Shown here: positions 43,707-43,824 of the stretch, piece by piece
Layout of the letters: the number at the start of each line of letters is the position of its first letter
Position numbering within the stretch: position 1 is the stretch's first letter
Virus record (IMG/VR): IMGVR_UViG_3300027863_000063
Coordinates: 1 to 43,824 of that record
From: a virus
Lineage: Duplodnaviria; Caudoviricetes
Reading direction: 5' to 3' (one strand)
DNA: 43,824 nucleotides
Position numbers and translations under genes: made by a program
Notes under the pieces: generated by a model
Told to the model about the DNA's origin: nothing
Seen by the model: the letters and a program-made list of their open reading frames with translations, nothing else
Databases searched by the model: none

Positions 43707-43824
43707 GGTTTATCCCTCTTTTTCGCCAATCTTCCCAATTGAATTGCAGCAGCACGCCGCCTTCCGTCAGCCGGCTCATTACATCGCCGGACAGGAAGTT
43801 TTCCAAACAATCAGGGCATCCCCC
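43697..43824 (-). CDS. dnaC: 3' end of dnaC, allele B (…WEDWRKRGINHDS*), truncated by the window edge
   Basis: Near-identical to 284..390, with a different C-terminal tail overlapping the MTase start. Confidence 0.85.

Overview
This window is an essentially complete, circularly assembled genome of a BPP-1/T7-type podophage, about 42.5-43.4 kb. Its host is probably diderm and is not identifiable from the sequence. Almost all genes lie on the minus strand. The structural block (35964->7031) runs portal, Bbp19-like protein, scaffold, major capsid, Bbp16-like cement, tail tubular A and B, three internal virion proteins (one a 3408-aa polyvalent protein with ParB-like and RadC/JAB domains) and tail fibres (one with an SGNH esterase). 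It is followed by a lysis block with an M23 endolysin, holin candidates and two almost fully overprinted spanin-like ORFs. The replication/recombination block has an Arc-like regulator, YqaJ exonuclease, an annealing protein, NinG, an initiator and DnaC. Small genes, a class-3 lipase, terS and terL complete the circle. No integrase or CI-like repressor is visible. The contig ends record two population alleles, one with and one without an N4-C/N6-A DNA methyltransferase next to dnaC. The most striking feature is a plus-strand, five-gene island (36304-38296) between terL and the portal block. It has its own promoter with two inverted repeats and a repeated 37-bp hairpin+RBS leader that defines gene cassettes. 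It encodes a Csx3/Crn3-family cA4 ring nuclease with intact catalytic motifs, translationally coupled to an unknown 181-aa partner and followed directly by a 44-nt tRNA-like mini-RNA. The island is a candidate modular anti-CRISPR/anti-defence system.
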